Below, piece by piece: positions 1-11,700 of a stretch of DNA of 64,000 nucleotides; within the stretch, counting starts at the first letter, position 1; every line of letters starts with the position of its first letter. This stretch comes from the human T2T-CHM13v2.0 reference genome, Homo sapiens: assembly GCF_009914755.1 (NCBI RefSeq), contig NC_060931.1, one strand, 5' to 3'. The translations under genes were made by a program, and so were the position numbers. A model generated the notes under the pieces. The model did not search any database, was not told where the DNA came from, and saw only the letters and a list, made by a program, of their open reading frames with translations.

Positions 1-50
1 AACACTCTGTTTGTAAAGTCTGCAAGTGGATATATGGACCGCATTGAGGC

Positions 51-67
51 CTTCGTTGGAAACGGGA
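51..67 (+). promoter_or_regulatory. CENP-B box (canonical CTTCGTTGGAAACGGGA) in M5; recurs once per HOR (next at 1070-1086)
   Basis: Exact match to the 17-bp consensus YTTCGTTGGAARCGGGA. Confidence 0.97.
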
Positions 68-216
68 TTTCTTCATTTCATGCTAGACAGAAGAATTCTC
101 AGTAACTTCTTTGTGCTGTGTGTATTCAACTCACAGAGTGGAACGTCCCTTTGCACAGAGCAGATTTGAAACACTCTTTTTGTGGAGTTTGCAAGTGATT
201 TCAAGCGATTTGATGC

Positions 217-233
217 CAACAGTAGAAAAGGAA
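217..233 (+). other. pJalpha-like (A-type monomer) box at the position homologous to the CENP-B box, representative copy
   Basis: CAACAGTAGAAAAGGAA in M6, with related motifs in M2 (CAATTGCAGAAAAGGAA) and M4 (CAACAGTAGAAAGGGAA). Resembles the A-box ending in AAAAGGAA. Protein binding is not demonstrable from sequence. Confidence 0.6.
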
Positions 234-387
234 ATATCTTCAAATAAAAACTAGACAGAATCATTCTCAGAAACTACTTTGTGATGTGTGCCTTCAACTC
301 ACAGAGTTCAACCTTTCTTTTCTTAGAGCAGTTTAGAAACACTCTGCTTGTTATGTCTGCAAGTGGATATTTGGACCTCTTTGAGGC

Positions 388-404
388 CTTCGTTGCAAAC
401 GGGG
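388..404 (+). promoter_or_regulatory. Variant CENP-B box (CTTCGTTGCAAACGGGG) in M1; recurs once per HOR
   Basis: Two differences from consensus, but the 9 essential bases (TTCG....A..CGGG) are intact, so binding is predicted. Confidence 0.9.
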
Positions 405-729
405 TTTCTTCCTTTCATGCTAGACTAAGAAGAGTTCTCAGTAACTTTTTTGTGTTGTGTGTATTCAACTCACAGAGTTGAACCTTGCTTTAGAGAGAGC
501 AGATTTGAAACACTCTTGCTGTGGCATTTTCAGGTGGAGATTTCAAGCGATTTGAGGACAATTGCAGAAAAGGAAATATCTTCGTATAATAACCAGACAG
601 AATCATTCTCAGAAAGTGCTTTGTGATGTGTGCGTTCAACTCACAGATTTTAACCTTTCTTTTCATAGAGGAGTTTGGAAACACACTGTTTGTAAAGTCT
701 GCAAGTGGATACATGGACCTGTTTGAGGC

Positions 730-746
730 CTTCGTTGGAAACGGGA
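730..746 (+). promoter_or_regulatory. CENP-B box (canonical) in M3; recurs once per HOR
   Basis: Exact CTTCGTTGGAAACGGGA. Box spacing within the HOR is 342/340/340 bp, giving about 188 boxes in the window. Confidence 0.97.
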
Positions 747-3700
747 TTTCTTCATTGAATGCTAGACGGAAGAATTCTCAGTAAATTCTTTGTGTTGTGT
801 GCATTCAACTCACAGAGTGGAACGTCCCTTTAGACAGAGCAGATTTGAAACACTCTTTTTGCGGAATTTGCAAGTGGAGATTTCTAGCCATTTGATGCCA
901 ACAGTAGAAAGGGAAATATCTTCAAATAAAAACCAGACAGAATCATTCTCAGCAAATTCTTTGTGATGTGTGCGTTCAACTCACATAGTTTAACCTTTCT
1001 TTTCATAGAGCAGTTTGGAAACACTCTGTTTGTAAAGTCTGCAAGTGGATATATGGACCGCATTGAGGCCTTCGTTGGAAACGGGATTTCTTCATTTCAT
1101 GCTAGACAGAAGAATTCTCAGTAACTTCTTTGTGCTGTGTGTATTCAACTCACAGAGTGGAACGTCCCTTTGCACAGAGCAGATTTGAAACACTCTTTTT
1201 GTGGAGTTTGCAAGTGGAGATTTCAAGCGATTTGATGCCAACAGTAGAAAAGGAAATATCTTCAAATAAAAACTAGACAGAATCATTCTCAGAAACTACT
1301 TTGTGATGTGTGCCTTCAACTCACAGAGTTCAACCTTTCTTTTCTTAGAGCAGTTTAGAAACACTCTGCTTGTTATGTCTGCAAGTGGATATTTGGACCT
1401 CTTTGAGGCCTTCGTTGCAAACGGGGTTTCTTCCTTTCATGCTAGACTAAGAAGAGTTCTCAGTAACTTTTTTGTGTTGTGTGTATTCAACTCACAGAGT
1501 TGAACCTTGCTTTAGAGAGAGCAGATTTGAAACACTCTTGCTGTGGCATTTTCAGGTGGAGATTTCAAGCGATTTGAGGACAATTGCAGAAAAGGAAATA
1601 TCTTCGTATAATAACCAGACAGAATCATTCTCAGAAAGTGCTTTGTGATGTGTGCGTTCAACTCACAGATTTTAACCTTTCTTTTCATAGAGGAGTTTGG
1701 AAACACACTGTTTGTAAAGTCTGCAAGTGGATACATGGACCTGTTTGAGGCCTTCGTTGGAAACGGGATTTCTTCATTGAATGCTAGACGGAAGAATTCT
1801 CAGTAAATTCTTTGTGTTGTGTGCATTCAACTCACAGAGTGGAACGTCCCTTTAGACAGAGCAGATTTGAAACACTCTTTTTGCGGAATTTGCAAGTGGA
1901 GATTTCTAGCCATTTGATGCCAACAGTAGAAAGGGAAATATCTTCAAATAAAAACCAGACAGAATCATTCTCAGCAAATTCTTTGTGATGTGTGCGTTCA
2001 ACTCACATAGTTTAACCTTTCTTTTCATAGAGCAGTTTGGAAACACTCTGTTTGTAAAGTCTGCAAGTGGATATATGGACCGCATTGAGGCCTTCGTTGG
2101 AAACGGGATTTCTTCATTTCATGCTAGACAGAAGAATTCTCAGTAACTTCTTTGTGCTGTGTGTATTCAACTCACAGAGTGGAACGTCCCTTTGCACAGA
2201 GCAGATTTGAAACACTCTTTTTGTGGAGTTTGCAAGTGGAGATTTCAAGCGATTTGATGCCAACAGTAGAAAAGGAAATATCTTCAAATAAAAACTAGAC
2301 AGAATCATTCTCAGAAACTACTTTGTGATGTGTGCCTTCAACTCACAGAGTTCAACCTTTCTTTTCTTAGAGCAGTTTAGAAACACTCTGCTTGTTATGT
2401 CTGCAAGTGGATATTTGGACCTCTTTGAGGCCTTCGTTGCAAACGGGGTTTCTTCCTTTCATGCTAGACTAAGAAGAGTTCTCAGTAACTTTTTTGTGTT
2501 GTGTGTATTCAACTCACAGAGTTGAACCTTGCTTTAGAGAGAGCAGATTTGAAACACTCTTGCTGTGGCATTTTCAGGTGGAGATTTCAAGCGATTTGAG
2601 GACAATTGCAGAAAAGGAAATATCTTCGTATAATAACCAGACAGAATCATTCTCAGAAAGTGCTTTGTGATGTGTGCGTTCAACTCACAGAGTTTAACCT
2701 TTCTTTTCATAGAGGAGTTTGGAAACACACTGTTTGTAAAGTCTGCAAGTGGATACATGGACCTGTTTGAGGCCTTCGTTGGAAACGGGATTTCTTCATT
2801 GAATGCTAGACGGAAGAATTCTCAGTAAATTCTTTGTGTTGTGTGCATTCAACTCACAGAGTGGAACGTCCCTTTAGACAGAGCAGATTTGAAACACTCT
2901 TTTTGCGGAATTTGCAAGTAGAGATTTCTAGCCATTTGATGCCAACAGTAGAAAGGGAAATATCTTCAAATAAAAACCAGACAGAATCATTCTCAGAAAA
3001 TTCTTTGTGATGTGTGCGTTCAACTCACATAGTTTAACCTTTCTTTTCATAGAGCAGTTTGGAAACACTCTGTTTGTAAAGTCTGCAAGTGGATATATGG
3101 ACCGCATTGAGGCCTTCGTTGGAAACGGGATTTCTTCATTTCATGCTAGACAGAAGAATTCTCAGTAACTTCTTTGTGCTGTGTGTATTCAACTCACAGA
3201 GTGGAACGTCCCTTTGCACAGAGCAGATTTGAAACACTCTTTTTGTGGAGTTTGCAAGTGGAGATTTCAAGCGATTTGATGCCAACAGTAGAAAAGGAAA
3301 TATCTTCAAATAAAAACTAGACAGAATCATTCTCAGAAACTACTTTGTGATGTGTGTCTTCAACTCACAGAGTTTAACCTTTCTTTTCTTAGAGCAGTTT
3401 AGAAACACTCTGCTTGTTATGACTGCAAGTGGATATTTGGACCTCTTTGAGGCCTTCGTTGCAAACGGGGTTTCTTCCTTTCATGCTAGACTAAGAAGAG
3501 TTCTCAGTAACTTTTTTGTGTTGTGTGTATTCAACTCACAGAGTTGAACCTTGCTTTAGAGAGAGCAGATTTGAAACACTCTTGCTGTGGCATTTTCAGG
3601 TGGAGATTTCAAGCGATTTGAGGACAATTGCAGAAAAGGAAATATCTTCGTATAATAACCAGACAGAATCATTCTCAGAAAGTGCTTTGTGATGTGTGCG

Positions 3701-4349
3701 TTCAACTCACAGAGTTTAACCTTTCTTTTCATAGAGGAGTTTGGAAACACACTGTTTGTAAGGACTGCAAGTGGATATATGGACCTGTTTGAGGCCTTCG
3801 TTGGAAACGGGATTTCTTCATTGAATGCTAGACGGAAGAATTCTCAGTAAATTCTTTGTGTTGTGTGCATTCAACTCACAGAGTGGAACGTCCCTTTAGA
3901 CACAGCAGATTTGAAACACTCTTTTTGCGGAATTTGCAAGTGGAGATTTCTAGCCATTTGATGCCAACAGTAGAAAGGGAAATATCTTCAAATAAAAACC
4001 AGACAGAATCATTCTCAGCAAATTCTTTGTGATGTGTGCGTTCAACTCACATAGTTTAACCTTTCTTTTCATAGAGCAGTTTGGAAACACTCTGTTTGTA
4101 TAGTCTGCAAGTGGATATATGGACCGCATTGAGGCCTTCGTTGGAAACGGGATTTCTTCATTTCATGCTAGACAGAAGAATTCTCAGTAACTTCTTTGTG
4201 CTGTGTGTATTCAACTCACAGAGTGGAACGTCCCTTTGCACAGAGCAGATTTGAAACACTCTTTTTGTGGAGTTTGCAAGTGGAGATTTCAAGCGATTTG
4301 ATGCCAACAGTAGAAAAGGAAATATCTTCAAATAAAAACTAGACAGAAT

Positions 4350-5711
4350 CATTCTCAGAAACTACTTTGTGATGTGTGCCTTCAACTCACAGAGTTCAAC
4401 CTTTCTTTTCTTAGAGCAGTTTAGAAACACTCTGCTTGTTATGTCTGCAAGTGGATATTTGGACCTCTTTGAGGCCTTCGTTGCAAACGGGGTTTCTTCC
4501 TTTCATGCTAGACTAAGAAGAGTTCTCAGTAACTTTTTTGTGTTGTGTGTATTCAACTCACAGAGTTGAACCTTGCTTTAGAGAGAGCAGATTTGAAACA
4601 CTCTTGCTGTGGCATTTTCAGGTGGAGATTTCAAGCGATTTGAGGACAATTGCAGAAAAGGAAATATCTTCGTATAATAACCAGACAGAATCATTCTCAG
4701 AAAGTGCTTTGTGATGTGTGCGTTCAACTCACAGAGTTTAACCTTTCTTTTCATAGAGGAGTTTGGAAACACACTGTTTGTAAAGTCTGCAAGTGGATAC
4801 ATGGACCTGTTTGAGGCCTTCGTTGGAAACGGGATTTCCTCATTGAATGCTTGACGGAAGAATTCTCAGTAAATTCTTTGTGTTGTGTGCATTCAACTCA
4901 CAGAGTGGAACGTCCCTTTAGACAGAGCAGATTTGAAACACTCTTTTTGCGGAATTTGCAAGTGGAGATTTCTAGCCATTTGATGCCAACAGTAGAAAGG
5001 GAAATATCTTCAAATAAAAACCAGACAGAATCATTCTCAGAAAATTCTTTGTGATGTGTGCGTTCAACTCACAGAGTTTAACCTTTCTTTTCATAGAGGA
5101 GTTTGGAAACACACTGTTTGTAAAGTCTGCAAGTGGATACATGGACCTGTTTGAGGCCTTCGTTGGAAACGGGATTTCTTCATTGAATGCTAGACGGAAG
5201 AATTCTCAGTAAATTCTTTGTGTTGTGTGCATTCAACTCACAGAGTGGAACGTCCCTTTAGACAGAGCAGATTTGAAACACTCTTTTTGCGGAATTTGCA
5301 AGTGGAGATTTCTAGCCATTTGATGCCAACAGTAGAAAGGGAAATATCTTCAAATAAAAACCAGACAGAATCATTCTCAGAAAATTCTTTGTGATGTGTG
5401 CGTTCAACTCACATAGTTTAACCTTTCTTTTCATAGAGCAGTTTGGAAACACTCTGTTTGTAAAGTCTGCAAGTGGATATATGGACCGCATTGAGGCCTT
5501 CGTTGGAAACGGGATTTCTTCATTTCATGCTAGACAGAAGAATTCTCAGTAACTTCTTTGTGCTGTGTGTATTCAACTCACAGAGTGGAACGTCCCTTTG
5601 CACAGAGCAGATTTGAAACACTCTTTTTGTGGAGTTTGCAAGTGGAGATTTCAAGCGATTTGATGCCAACAGTAGAAAAGGAAATATCTTCAAATAAAAA
5701 CTAGACAGAAT
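4350..5711 (+). repeat. Structural-variant HOR: 8-mer (1362 bp) with an extra 340-bp dimer, order M1-M2-M3-M4-M5/3 hybrid-M4-M5-M6
   Basis: Period jumps from 1022 to 1362 (ORF starts 4369 to 5731). 4734-5073 is repeated at 5074-5413. Confidence 0.95.
5158..5174 (+). promoter_or_regulatory. Extra CENP-B box within the duplicated dimer of the 8-mer HOR
   Basis: CTTCGTTGGAAACGGGA, 340 bp after the box at 4818-4834. Confidence 0.93.
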
Positions 5712-8700
5712 CATTCTCAGAAACTACTTTGTGATGTGTGCCTTCAACTCACAGAGTTTAACCTTTCTTTTCTTAGAGCAGTTTAGAAACACTCTGCTTG
5801 TTATGTCTGCAAGTGGATATTTGGACCTCTTTGAGGCCTTCGTTGCAAACGGGGTTTCTTCCTTTCATGCTAGACTAAGAAGAGTTCTCAGTAACTTTTT
5901 TGTGTTGTGTGTATTCAACTCACAGAGTTGAACCTTGCTTTAGAGAGAGCAGATTTGAAACACTCTTGCTGTGGCATTTTCAGGTGGAGATTTCAAGCGA
6001 TTTGAGGACAATTGCAGAAAAGGAAATATCTTCGTATAATAACCAGACAGAATCATTCTCAGAAAGTGCTTTGTGATGTGTGCGTTCAACTCACAGAGTT
6101 TAACCTTTCTTTTCATAGAGGAGTTTGGAAACACACTGTTTGTAAAGTCTGCAAGTGGATACATGGACCTGTTTGAGGCCTTCGTTGGAAACGGGATTTC
6201 TTCATTGAATGCTAGACGGAAGAATTCTCAGTAAATTCTTTGTGTTGTGTGCATTCAACTCACAGAGTGGAACGTCCCTTTAGACACAGCAGATTTGAAA
6301 CACTCTTTTTGCGGAATTTGCAAGTGGAGATTTCTAGCCATTTGATGCCAACAGTAGAAAGGGAAATATCTTCAAATAAAAACCAGACAGAATCATTCTC
6401 AGAAAATTCTTTGTGATGTGTGCGTTCAACTCACATAGTTTAACCTTTCTTTTCATAGAGCAGTTTGGAAACACTCTGTTTGTAAAGTCTGCAAGTGGAT
6501 ATATGGACCGCATTGAGGCCTTCGTTGGAAACGGGATTTCTTCATTTCATGCTAGACAGAAGAATTCTCAGTAACTTCTTTGTGCTGTGTGTATTCAACT
6601 CACAGAGTGGAACGTCCCTTTGCACAGAGCAGATTTGAAACACTCTTTTTGTGGAGTTTGCAAGTGGAGATTTCAAGCGATTTGATGCCAACAGTAGAAA
6701 AGGAAATATCTTCAAATAAAAACTAGACAGAATCATTCTCAGAAACTACTTTGTGATGTGTGCCTTCAACTCACAGAGTTTAACCTTTCTTTTCTTAGAG
6801 CAGTTTAGAAACACTCTGCTTGTTATGTCTGCAAGTGGATACTTGGACCTCTTTGAGGCCTTCGTTGCAAACGGGGTTTCTTCCTTTCATGCTAGACTAA
6901 GAAGAGTTCTCAGTAACTTTTTTGTGTTGTGTGTATTCAACTCACAGAGTTGAACCTTGCTTTAGAGAGAGCAGATTTGAAACACTCTTGCTGTGGCATT
7001 TTCAGGTGGAGATTTCAAGCGATTTGAGGACAATTGCAGAAAAGGAAATATCTTCGTATAATAACCAGACAGAATCATTCTCAGAAAGTGCTTTGTGATG
7101 TGTGCGTTCAACTCACAGAGTTTAACCTTTCTTTTCATAGAGGAGTTTGGAAACACACTGTTTGTAAAGTCTACAAGTGGATATATGGACCTGTTTGAGG
7201 CCTTCGTTGGAAACGGGATTTCTTCATTGAATGCTAGACGGAAGAATTCTCAGTAAATTCTTTGTGTTGTGTGCATTCAACTCACAGAGTGGAACGTCCC
7301 TTTAGACAGAGCAGATTTGAAACACTCTTTTTGCAGAATTTGCAAGTGGAGATTTCTAGCCATTTGATGCCAACAGTAGAAAGGGAAATATCTTCAAATA
7401 AAAACCAGACAGAATCATTCTCAGAAAATTCTTTGTGATGTGTGCGTTCAACTCACATAGTTTAACCTTTCTTTTCATAGAGCAGTTTGGAAACACTCTG
7501 TTTGTAAAGTCTGCAAGTGGATATATGGACCGCATTGAGGCCTTCGTTGGAAACGGGATTTCTTCATTTCATGCTAGACAGAAGAATTCTCAGTAACTTC
7601 TTTGTGCTGTGTGTATTCAACTCACAGAGTGGAACGTCCCTTTGCACAGAGCAGATTTGAAACACTCTTTTTGTGGAGTTTGCAAGTGGAGATTTCAAGC
7701 GATTTGATGCCAACAGTAGAAAAGGAAATATCTTCAAATAAAAACTAGACAGAATCATTCTCAGAAACTACTTTGTGATGTGTGCCTTCAACTCACAGAG
7801 TTTAACCTTTCTTTTCTTAGAGCAGTTTAGAAACACTCTGCTTGTTATGTCTGCAAGTGGATATTTGGACCTCTTTGAGGCCTTCGTTGCAAACGGGGTT
7901 TCTTCCTTTCATGCTAGACTAAGAAGAGTTCTCAGTAACTTTTTTGTGTTGTGTGTATTCAACTCACAGAGTTGAACCTTGCTTTAGAGAGAGCAGATTT
8001 GAAACACTCTTGCTGTGGCATTTTCAGGTGGAGATTTCAAGCGATTTGAGGACAATTGCAGAAAAGGAAATATCTTCGTATAATAACCAGACAGAATCAT
8101 TCTCAGAAAGTGCTTTGTGATGTGTGCGTTCAACTCACAGAGTTTAACCTTTCTTTTCATAGAGGAGTTTGGAAACACACTGTTTGTAAGGACTGCAAGT
8201 GGATATATGGACCTGTTTGAGGCCTTCGTTGGAAACGGGATTTCTTCATTGAATGCTAGACGGAAGAATTCTCAGTAAATTCTTTGTGTTGTGTGCATTC
8301 AACTCACAGAGTGGAACGTCCCTTTAGACAGAGCAGATTTGAAACACTCTTTTTGCGGAATTTGCAAGTGGAGATTTCTAGCCATTTGATGCCAACAGTA
8401 GAAAGGGAAATATCTTCAAATAAAAACCAGACAGAATCATTCTCAGAAAATTCTTTGTCATGTGTGCGTTCAACTCACATAGTTTAACCTTTCTTTTCAT
8501 AGAGCAGTTTGGAAACACTCTGTTTGTAAAGTCTGCAAGTGGATATATGGACCGCATTGAGGCCTTCGTTGGAAACGGGATTTCTTCATTTCATGCTAGA
8601 CAGAAGAATTCTCAGTAACTTCTTTGTGCTGTGTGTATTCAACTCACAGAGTGGAACGTCCCTTTGCACAGAGCAGATTTGAAACACTCTTTTTGTGGAG

Positions 8701-11700
8701 TTTGCAAGTGGAGATTTCAAGCGATTTGATGCCAACAGTAGAAAAGGAAATATCTTCAAATAAAAACTAGACAGAATCATTCTCAGAAACTACTTTGTGA
8801 TGTGTGCCTTCAACTCACAGAGTTTAACCTTTCTTTTCTTAGAGCAGTTTAGAAACACTCTGCTTGTTATGTCTGCAAGTGGATATTTGGACCTCTTTGA
8901 GGCCTTCGTTGCAAACGGGGTTTCTTCCTTTCATGCTAGACTAAGAAGAGTTCTCAGTAACTTTTTTGTGTTGTGTGTATTCAACTCACAGAGTTGAACC
9001 TTGCTTTAGAGAGAGCAGATTTGAAACACTCTTGCTGTGGCATTTTCAGGTGGAGATTTCAAGCGATTTGAGGACAATTGCAGAAAAGGAAATATCTTCG
9101 TATAATAACCAGACAGAATCATTCTCAGAAAGTGCTTTGTGATGTGTGCGTTCAACTCACAGAGTTTAACCTTTCTTTTCATAGAGGAGTTTGGAAACAC
9201 ACTGTTTGTAAAGTCTGCAAGTGGATACATGGACCTGATTGAGGCCTTCGTTGGAAACGGGATTTCTTCATTGAATGCTAGACGGAAGAATTCTCAGTAA
9301 ATTCTTTGTGTTGTGTGCATTCAACTCACAGAGTGGAACGTCCCTTTAGACAGAGCAGATTTGAAACACTCTTTTTGCGGAATTTGCAAGTGGAGATTTC
9401 TAGCCATTTGATGCCAACAGTAGAAAGGGAAATATCTTCAAATAAAAACCAGACAGAATCATTCTCAGAAAATTCTTTGTGATGTGTGCGTTCAACTCAC
9501 ATAGTTTAACCTTTCTTTTCATAGAGCAGTTTGGAAACACTCTGTTTGTAAAGTCTGCAAGTGGATATATGGACCGCATTGAGGCCTTCGTTGGAAACGG
9601 GATTTCTTCATTTCATGCTAGACAGAAGAATTCTCAGTAACTTCTTTGTGCTGTGTGTATTCAACTCACAGAGTGGAACGTCCCTTTACACAGAGCAGAT
9701 TTGAAACACTCTTTTTGTGGAGTTTGCAAGTGGAGATTTCAAGCGATTTGATGCCAACAGTAGAAAAGGAAATATCTTCAAATAAAAACTAGACAGAATC
9801 ATTCTCAGAAACTACTTTGTGATGTGTGCCTTCAACTCACAGAGTTTAACCTTTCTTTTCTTAGAGCAGTTTAGAAACACTCTGCTTGTTATGTCTGCAA
9901 GTGGATATTTGGACCTCTTTGAGGCCTTCGTTGCAAACGGGGTTTCTTCCTTTCATGCTAGACTAAGAAGAGTTCTCAGTAACTTTTTTGTGTTGTGTGT
10001 ATTCAACTCACAGAGTTGAACCTTGCTTTAGAGAGAGCAGATTTGAAACACTCTTGCTGTGGCATTTTCAGGTGGAGATTTCAAGCGATTTGAGGACAAT
10101 TGCAGAAAAGGAAATATCTTCGTATAATAACCAGACAGAATCATTCTCAGAAAGTGCTTTGTGATGTGTGCGTTCAACTCACAGAGTTTAACCTTTCTTT
10201 TCATAGAGGAGTTTGGAAACACACTGTTTGTAAGGACTGCAAGTGGATATATGGACCTGTTTGAGGCCTTCGTTGGAAACGGGATTTCTTCATTGAATGC
10301 TAGACGGAAGAATTCTCAGTAAATTCTTTGTGTTGTGTGCATTCAACTCACAGAGTGGAACGTCCCTTTAGACACAGCAGATTTGAAACACTCTTTTTGC
10401 GGAATTTGCAAGTGGAGATTTCTAGCCATTTGATGCCAACAGTAGAAAGGGAAATATCTTCAAATAAAAACCAGACAGAATCATTCTCAGCAAATTCTTT
10501 GTGATGTGTGCGTTCAACTCACATAGCTTAACCTTTCTTTTCATAGAGCAGTTTGGAAACACTCTGTTTGTAAAGTCTGCAAGTGGATATATGGACCGCA
10601 TTGAGGCCTTCGTTGGAAACGGGATTTCTTCATTTCATGCTAGACAGAAGAATTCTCAGTAACTTCTTTGTGCTGTGTGTATTCAACTCACAGAGTGGAA
10701 CGTCCCTTTGCACAGAGCAGATTTGAAACACTCTTTTTGTGGAGTTTGCAAGTGATTTCAAGCGATTTGATGCCAACAGTAGAAAAGGAAATATCTTCAA
10801 ATAAAAACTAGACAGAATCATTCTCAGAAACTACTTTGTGATGTGTGCCTTCAACTCACAGAGTTCAACCTTTCTTTTCTTAGAGCAGTTTAGAAACACT
10901 CTGCTTGTTATGTCTGCAAGTGGATATTTGGACCTCTTTGAGGCCTTCGTTGCAAACGGGGTTTCTTCCTTTCATGCTAGACTAAGAAGAGTTCTCAGTA
11001 ACTTTTTTGTGTTGTGTGTATTCAACTCACAGAGTTGAACCTTGCTTTAGAGAGAGCAGATTTGAAACACTCTTGCTGTGGCATTTTCAGGTGGAGATTT
11101 CAAGCGATTTGAGGACAATTGCAGAAAAGGAAATATCTTCGTATAATAACCAGACAGAATCATTCTCAGAAAGTGCTTTGTGATGTGTGCGTTCAACTCA
11201 CAGATTTTAACCTTTCTTTTCATAGAGGAGTTTGGAAACACACTGTTTGTAAAGTCTGCAAGTGGATACATGGACCTGTTTGAGGCCTTCGTTGGAAACG
11301 GGATTTCTTCATTGAATGCTAGACGGAAGAATTCTCAGTAAATTCTTTGTGTTGTGTGCATTCAACTCACAGAGTGGAACGTCCCTTTAGACAGAGCAGA
11401 TTTGAAACACTCTTTTTGCGGAATTTGCAAGTGGAGATTTCTAGCCATTTGATGCCAACAGTAGAAAGGGAAATATCTTCAAATAAAAACCAGACAGAAT
11501 CATTCTCAGAAAATTCTTTGTGATGTGTGCGTTCAACTCACATAGTTTAACCTTTCTTTTCATAGAGCAGTTTGGAAACACTCTGTTTGTAAAGTCTGCA
11601 AGTGGATATATGGACCGCATTGAGGCCTTCGTTGGAAACGGGATTTCTTCATTTCATGCTAGACAGAAGAATTCTCAGTAACTTCTTTGTGCTGTGTGTA

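Larger units (their letters stand above)
262..1283 (+). repeat. Representative canonical HOR unit (1022 bp): M1 262-432, M2 433-603, M3 604-772, M4 773-943, M5 944-1112, M6 1113-1283
   Basis: Monomer starts read at 262 (cattctcagaaactac), 433 (agttctcagtaac), 604 (cattctcagaaagtg), 773 (aattctcagtaaa), 944 (cattctcagcaaa), 1113 (aattctcagtaac), and the next unit at 1284. Lengths 171+171+169+171+169+171=1022. Confidence 0.95.

Noticed and set aside
47-52. Short palindromes (AGGCCT, GAATTC, CAATTG) and T-tracts as hairpins or terminators
   Set aside because: These are only 6-bp palindromes. I saw no extended dyad symmetry and cannot run folding or non-B DNA predictions.
585-590. TATAAT in M2 resembling a bacterial -10 box
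   Set aside because: It is a fixed hexamer of the satellite monomer in a eukaryotic centromeric context, with no downstream gene.
2920-10527. Isolated singleton SNVs (e.g. 2920 G>A, 7335 G>A, 8459 G>C, 9238 T>A, 10527 T>C)
   Set aside because: They are ordinary private mutations or possible consensus errors, with no pattern.
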